DNA of 56,057 nt from contig NC_090384.1 in the NCBI RefSeq assembly GCF_036365525.1, forward strand, positions 56,673,838 to 56,729,894, in the 5' to 3' direction. Positions 49,576 to 56,057 of the stretch are shown piece after piece. Within the stretch, counting starts at the first letter, position 1, and the number at the start of each line of letters is the position of its first letter. This DNA comes from Heterodontus francisci. Taxonomy: Eukaryota. The notes below the pieces were generated by a model. The model saw only the letters and a program-made list of their open reading frames with translations. It was not told the DNA's origin and did no database searches. A program made the translations under genes and the position numbers.

Positions 49576-49943
49576 GGCCCAGATTTTTCAGTCAGCTGCT
49601 CACCGCTGACCTCAAAGAAAGCCTCCCACAAAGATCTAGCGATCTCTGTGGCGTAGGTTTCACCTTTCCTGGCACCAACTATTAGGATCTGTGGTATCTG
49701 GCAATAGTGATATCATCAAGCAGGCTAAGCAGCAAATCACATTGAAATGATTGCTAAAGATTTCCATCTGCGGGGTCTTCAATGCCACACTCTGTGAAGG
49801 AGCAAGGAATCACTGACAACAACTTCTAGACTTCTGTGTTTAACTGTGGATGCATGGATGCCAGAAGTTGCTGTCAGTTTCACAGTTGTAATTATAGCAA
49901 CACTGACAGTTTTACAGCTATTACAACCGCAAAACCTGCGCCC
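49576..49943. mobile_element. Internally deleted family-B MITE
   Basis: ctgacctcaaagaaagcctcccacaaagatctagcgatctctgtggcgt matches 43809-43860; right part matches 44330-44470. Confidence 0.75.
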
Positions 49944-49959
49944 TTATTTCCATTTTATC

Positions 49960-50440
49960 GTTCAAGGGCATGGAGGAGATCAGGATGTAGCAATTTATCT
50001 TTTGTGTTGAGCAGATGCTTTTACCATTGTATCTTTTCCTGTATATGTATGTATTTCAGTTCCATTGGCATCAAAACTTTTCTCCATACCATTATTACTC
50101 CAGGTTCAATATCTCTATTGCTTTCCTTGCTGTTCTTCCAATTTCTAGTATTCCTAAAATCCAAATTACCGCTATCTCTATGTAAGATGGATACGGGCAA
50201 TAAAGTCCCATTCGCCTCTTGTTTCTGTCCTTATTGGCCTACACTGGTTCTGTCTCCAAACGCATGGAATTTAAAATCCTCCATCCTTATCTAGAAATTG
50301 ATCCATGACTCACCCTGCACACCTCCAAAACTTTCTCTAGCCTCGTTTCACCTGCCAGTCCTCTGGCATTCTGTGCATCTTCTCGTCCTTTGACATTCTG
50401 TGCATCAGACAGCCAACTTAAGCTGCCTTAGTCCATCTTG
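49960..50440 (+). mobile_element. Old L2 fragment
   Basis: ttactccaggttcaatatctct...ccttattggcctacactggttc...tttaaaatcctccatcctt resembles the L2 at 38300-38380. Confidence 0.55.
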
Positions 50441-50754
50441 TCTAGGAGGGCTACCTACTATATAATCAGGATTGATTTGGCATAGCTGTTAGTGCTTGTT
50501 TCAAGGGTGATTTTGGCAGTGGCAGTGCCCGTTCTGTGGACTATGAATTGATATAGGAAAGGAAGAGGTCGAGAAAAACTTTTTAAAAAGATGAGAAAAG
50601 TAAAAAGACTTTATAGTGATTCAGTTAATGCATTGGTGAAGATGAAGGCTTGTATGTCACTGTGCTGAGTCATTAAGTGAGAAAGGCGTGTGCAGGAACC
50701 AATCAATGGGTGTACATTCTCTTCTTCTGTCTATAGGTTCTATTTACAGAAAGT

Positions 50755-51320
50755 TTCATAGAGTCAGAGTCATTTATGGCACAGAAGGAATACCCGTTGA
50801 GTCCATACCAGCTCTCAGTGGAGCAATCCAGTCAGTCCCATTTCCCTGCTCTACCTCCATAACTCTGCAAGTTTATTTCCTTCAAGTGCCCATCCAATTT
50901 CCTTTGAAATCATTGATTGTCTCTGCCTCCACCATCCTTGTAGGCAGTGAGTTCCAGGTCATTATATTCTCTGCATTTAAAAAAAAAGGTTGTTCCTCAC
51001 ATCCCCTCTGCATCTCTTGCCCAAAACCTTTAATTTGTGTCCCCTAGTCCTTGAACAATCCGATAATGGGAAACAGTTTTTCTTTGTCTACCTTATCCAA
51101 ACCTGTCAGAGTCTTGTACATCTCTAACAAATTTCCCCTCAATCTCCTTTGCTCCAAAGAGAACTGCCCCAGCTTCTCCAATCTAACCTTTGTAGCTAAA
51201 ATATCTTACCCCTGGAACCATTTTGGTAAATCTTCTGTGCACTCTCTCAAGGATCCTCACATCTTTCCTAAAGTGTGGTGTGCAGAACTGGATGCAGTGG
51301 TCTAGTTGTGGCCGAGCCAG
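50755..51320 (-). mobile_element. CR1 LINE 3' end
   Basis: Reverse complement resembles 9480-9840; gtgtggtgtgcagaactggatgcagt encodes the CIQFC/WSP-type motif on the minus strand. Confidence 0.88.
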
Positions 51321-51549
51321 TACATGGGTGGGAAGTCGCTACTGAAACAAGACCATTTTTAAAGTTAATTATTTTAAAGCAGGATTGAAAATTTAAACAT
51401 TGTGGCTCCTGAATATTAGCTCAGTAATAGACAAGAAGTATGTGAAGAGTGGAAGTCAACACAGATACCATAATCTTTATAGAAAACTGACTTGAAGACA
51501 TCTCAGTTTGTATATTTTGCCCCCTTGTGGTTAACATCTTTTTCTAAAT

Positions 51550-51850
51550 TTCTCCCATTTCTCTTCCTGAAGCAGTTGTACTTGTGTGGCATGATTCCAT
51601 AGGAGGTGGCTGCCATGTGGTGCCTCGCCCAAGTGAACAGACCTAATGTGTGGTCTTAGATAGTGAGTGTCAGTGAGCTATTTAATCTTGGAGGATATTA
51701 CAATTGAGCCAGATCTTGAATTACCTCCCGCCCTTCAGAGGATTTGTAGCACCTCATTTGCTGCTCTGCTTGAGATCAGGTAACTTGGCACAAAGCAACC
51801 TGGGATCTTCAGGTTTATCTTGTTTTAGTCCACACCCTGTGGTATGTTTA
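51550..51850 (-). mobile_element. Old tRNA-derived SINE fragment
   Basis: gagatcaggtaacttggcaca...acctggg is the reverse complement of the family head seen at 43015-43065. Confidence 0.45.
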
Positions 51851-52848
51851 GCCACTAAGTAAGCAACAGAGCATAAAGTAAGAACTTCCTTTGGTTTTAT
51901 GGGGGGTTGAGCCTTTAGTTCTGTTCAAATTTAATAACATTGTCGGCAACTTGAATTATAATATTCACGAAGACTTGTTTGACAACACAGTTTTAATTTA
52001 ATTTTACTTTCATTTTTGACATAGAATGTGGAATATGGAAATGATGCAGACTAATCTGATTAATTATTTAAGACTTGTATCCTCAGGTTTCAGATCAAGC
52101 AGTTAATGTTGTAGCTACTCATTATTTTAAAAAGGCCAATTAGAAACATTCTGGAAAGGTGAAAGTGGATGGATCAGTTAGTATTAATTGCATGAGCCTG
52201 ATGTCTTGTACCACCTAATCCAAAACATTTTGCATATCTATTTATATTTTGATATTTGGTACTTAAATTGAAGGAGAAAATTTGAGAAATTTTCTGCATT
52301 GGAAATCTGTATTGAGATTGTGGACTCCAACAGTTTCAGTTGCCATTGGGGGGGGGGGGGGGGGAAATATGCAGTTTGCTAGTTTTCCTGTTGATCTTTG
52401 ATTCACAAAGATACCTCTCATTTGGGTATCATTGTTTAAATATAGCTGTCTTGTCTTTTTAATAGACTGACCAACTCAGTCACACCTGACTTGTGTGCAT
52501 CATTCTGCTTTTATCACACTGAGTGGCACATATTGCATGAAGCAGGAGCTTATTAAAAACTGTGCTGTATCTAATCTATACTTTATTTGGGTCATCCACA
52601 GTGTATTGCAATGACTGGATTAAAATTATTCCCCCTTATTTGCCAGTTAAAATTTAGTATGAATATTGACTGTTTCTAGAAGATTGTTTGTTTGGATTAC
52701 CACAGCCTGCAAAAATAGAAGTGTGTTTTCTTTGCCAATCACCTGCCCCCTTCTCTTCCCCCCCCAACCCCCACATTTCTTACTGGTCATTTTTTCAACT
52801 GAACTAGCAAATCTGCTCTGACATTGTGAACAGTGAGCCAGAGACTAT

Positions 52849-53287
52849 GGCCGGAATTTGACGCCACCCCAACGAGCTGGATGGTGGTGGGGGGGTGGGG
52901 TAAAATGGAGCAGGAGGCTCCGGAAGGCTTTCCCGACCTACTCCCATCTATGCCCTATTACGTAGGGTGGGGGTGGTGAAAAATGGCCCCCCCTAACCCA
53001 GGCCAATCAATGCCCTTAAATGGCCACTTAAGGGCCTTTGCCCGCCTCCACGCAAATTTTATGTGTGGCAAGTGGGTGTACTGGAGCCAGGAAAAGCCAC
53101 CTGGGAAAAGCAGGTGGCCTCCGATCATCTTTGGGTCGGGAGGGGGGCTGGAAGTCCCGCCTGGTAACTATTAAAGCCTGGAGACCCGTAAAATGCGGAT
53201 CGGATCCCCAGGCAAGGCAGAAGCGGGTTCACCACTGACTTTTCAGTTGGTGGCCAGCTCCCATCTGCCCAACGTGAAATCCCGGCC
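52849..53287. mobile_element. Internally deleted family-A MITE
   Basis: TIRs ggccggaatttgacg / cgtgaaatcccggcc (13 of 15 match); flanks tat/gat; colinear with 20893-21586. Confidence 0.85.
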
Positions 53288-54249
53288 GATTTTGCTAGCA
53301 TGAACTCTCTCTGTCATATGGTTGGGTACAGCAGTTAACACAGTTTGGTTAATACAATTACTTCTTTTCAGTCATAGAAGTGGTTTCATTTTCTATTTTC
53401 TCCCTGAAATAGATTAGTCCATGTTAATGGATGAGTGGGGGGGGGGGAAATTAAATATTAAAACATATGATTACTTTAGTTTTAAGAGTGGTTTTCAATG
53501 GAATTGGGAAAAATTTTCCTTTTTTTCTAAATGATATTTGTGTTAATTGTGGCTTTTGGAGTGTAACAGCAATTCATGTTTACTCAGTTCAAGTACTTGA
53601 CTTCCAGGTCTGAATAAGTCACAACAGTTGAAAATAAAGTAGTATATTTGTTGATGAACATTGAAGGGATGCCAAGATATCTGCTGCATAAAGCCCCACA
53701 AACTGTGAATTCAGACATGTCAGGGAAAATTCTGCAAAAATACACTCTGATCCCCAAAGATGCTCCACAATATTTGTTTGTATTCCCATCTTCACTACTC
53801 AACTCTGACAGCTGCCTTGTGCAGACAATATTAACCCCATCCCCTCGTTCCAATAGTGGAGGAACAATTGTGCCTGTCTGTTGGAGTAATTGATCACCTA
53901 TCTTTCTAATCACCACTTTGTTGAAGGAGTTGATCGACTCAGCTTAATTTTTATCCATTACTGTTGGATTGAGGGGTAGAGGTGTTGAAAAAAAGTTTGT
54001 TTTATCCCTTGTTTTACATGAGCATTTTAAACCTAGTTCTGTGTTCACAGCTGAGGTCAGTGTCAATAAATATTTGCAACAACTGTGTCTATGTGGGACG
54101 TCCTTACGAAGGGACCACCTTAAAAGCTGTAAGTGAAGATCACCAGAGGAACATGAGCAGTTAGTTGTGAGTAGAGGCCAACAGAGTGAGATGTGAATAG
54201 GTGTACTCGTGCAGTAACTGTTCGTATATGTATGTTCTGGTTAAGTTAT

Positions 54250-54599
54250 AGATTAGAGAGATTAGATTCGAGAGATACAGCACTGAAACAGGCCCTTCGG
54301 CCCACCGAGTCTGTGCGACCGACAACCACCCATTTATACTAATCCTACATGAATCCTATATTCCCTACCACATCCTCACCATTCTCCTACCACCTACCTA
54401 CACTAGAGGCAATTTACAATGGCCAATTTACCTATCAACCTGCAAGTCTTTGGCTGTGGGAGGAAACCGGAGCACCCGGCGGAAACCCATGCAGTCACAG
54501 GGAGAACTTGCAAACTCCACACAGGCAGTACCCAGAACCGAACCCAGGTCGCTGGAGCTGTGAGGCTGCAGTGCTAACCACTGCGCCACTGTGCCGCCC
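54250..54599 (-). mobile_element. HE1 V-SINE, essentially full length, young
   Basis: Minus strand begins gggcggcacagtggcgcagtggttagcactgcagcctcacagctccagcgacctgggttcggttc (A and B boxes), then V-domain and CR1-type tail gggccgaagggcctgtttcagtgctgtatctct. Confidence 0.93.
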
Positions 54600-56057
54600 A
54601 TTTAATAATAAAACACACGCTTCCTTTGGATATTATTTGTAGTGCTGTGACTCTTAACAATAGTTCACATACCAATGGGACAAGTAATATTCCATTTATC
54701 ATTTAAATGGTCCAGATCATGTCTTCTCACTTTTCTCCAGAAACCACTTTAACTCCATGAGTGTGTTCCATTGATGGCATGTAGTGTTAGTAGCTCAGCC
54801 CTGTAGCTCAACTTATGAAGAGTTTTAACATGGTTCAGAAGCCATTCAGTCTACATGGGTAAACAAAGTTCCTATTCCTGTCTTTGAATCTTTGCTGCTT
54901 GTTTTATTCGATAGATATTGCAGGTGCTGGTTTGTTCTGATTGATGAGCTCTCAAGAGTGATATTGACTAGTGTGTAATAGTGAAATATAGTTCCTGTAC
55001 ATAAGAAATGTTTATCTGCAAACTAACTTCACAAACAATCAATTCCTAAGCACTTCAAATATGAAGTTCTGAAACAGTATAGACAGTGTTGTCGATTTTG
55101 AACTATTAGCAGGGAATGGGTGAAAGTTATAACTGTATTTGGATAGGCCTGTGCTTGTCATCAATTCATGTGATGCTTGAAGTATTTGGATATTAATTTC
55201 TGCTGCAATGTTTGTTGAAACATTGTCCATGAAGACTGTTGCTGATTTTATTTCAAAAACTCATCCAAAAGGTTTAATTTTACATTGGATTGTCTAGTAT
55301 GAATGATTCAGAAAGAATTGTGACTCCTAAGTACAAGAATGTCTTGTATTAAGTCAAATCCTGTTCAAAGCAAGTTTTCAAATGTCTAATATGGAGATTA
55401 ATTGGAATAAAAGCTGTCCTCAGCAATGGGAGCTTCATAGAAGTAGACAGTTCGCCGAATTATTGTGACCTGAAGCAATATCTTTTGAATACATTCCATC
55501 CCTCATCATTTTTCTTCTTCTCCAACTCTAAATAATTCTTTCTCATGAGTTTAAGACTGTGCAGCTCCTTATCTTTTGTCTTTGTAAAAAGCAAGCTTGG
55601 TGTTATCTATTACTTTGAGAACATTCTTGTTTTCTATCCTTCGACTAGAAATTCAGCCATGTTTAACATTTATCTTGCAGCAAACCCATGTACTCACTAT
55701 AATATTGCCCAGATTGCTCACTCCTAGTCCATTCAGGCTTGATATTTCATACTTATAATCCTTGCTCTTTGCCAGTCTGATTTCTCAAGAAAAGAAATTG
55801 ACAATTATTTGAACTTGCTGTGTACTTTTTATGGTAATTTGCTTTTTATTATACAACAGGCACAAAAGCTTTACAATATTTGCAGTACTTTAGATATGTG
55901 AAATACAAAAGATATTGAAAATGTAAAATTTGAATTTCGAAGGATAATCCAATTCATGATTTATGAACATTCCACTTTTTCAAGTTTCAGAATATGCCTG
56001 TGTGGGGCTAGTCTTTGACAACTCCTGAGGGATTTCATTCACATTCCATTGTCTAAA

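Noticed and set aside
1-56057. Prokaryotic-type systems (CRISPR arrays, operons, retrons), rRNA or true tRNA genes
   Set aside because: No regularly spaced repeats or gene-dense regions; all tRNA-like boxes belong to SINE heads and all RTs are LINE-type

Overview
Repeat-rich vertebrate non-coding DNA, most likely from a shark or related cartilaginous fish (HE1 V-SINEs, Deu-domain SINEs, shark-type CR1/L2/RTE LINEs). It is probably intronic, with a host gene on the + strand (unique DNA looks T- and G-rich by eye; not computed). I recognise no host protein-coding gene; nearly all tracked ORFs are TE fragments or noise. Main content: a very young 5'-truncated RTE LINE with an unbroken RT/zinc-finger ORF and an 8-bp TSD (5253-7028), an older inverted copy of the same family (32063-34713), CR1/L2 fragments, three related LTRs, a PIF/Harbinger set (Myb/SANT ORF relic plus several MITE families with GGCC TIRs and 3-bp TSDs), a hAT MITE, and a Penelope-type repeat with a decayed hammerhead ribozyme. 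The best non-TE candidates are a 27-nt frame-preserving microexon flanked by RBFOX motifs (23863-23889) and a CpG-retaining putative regulatory region with a 61-nt hairpin (about 14.85-16.4 kb). I cannot claim a new biological system from sequence alone. Boundaries of old repeats are approximate, and family names come from my recall of consensus sequences, not from a database search.
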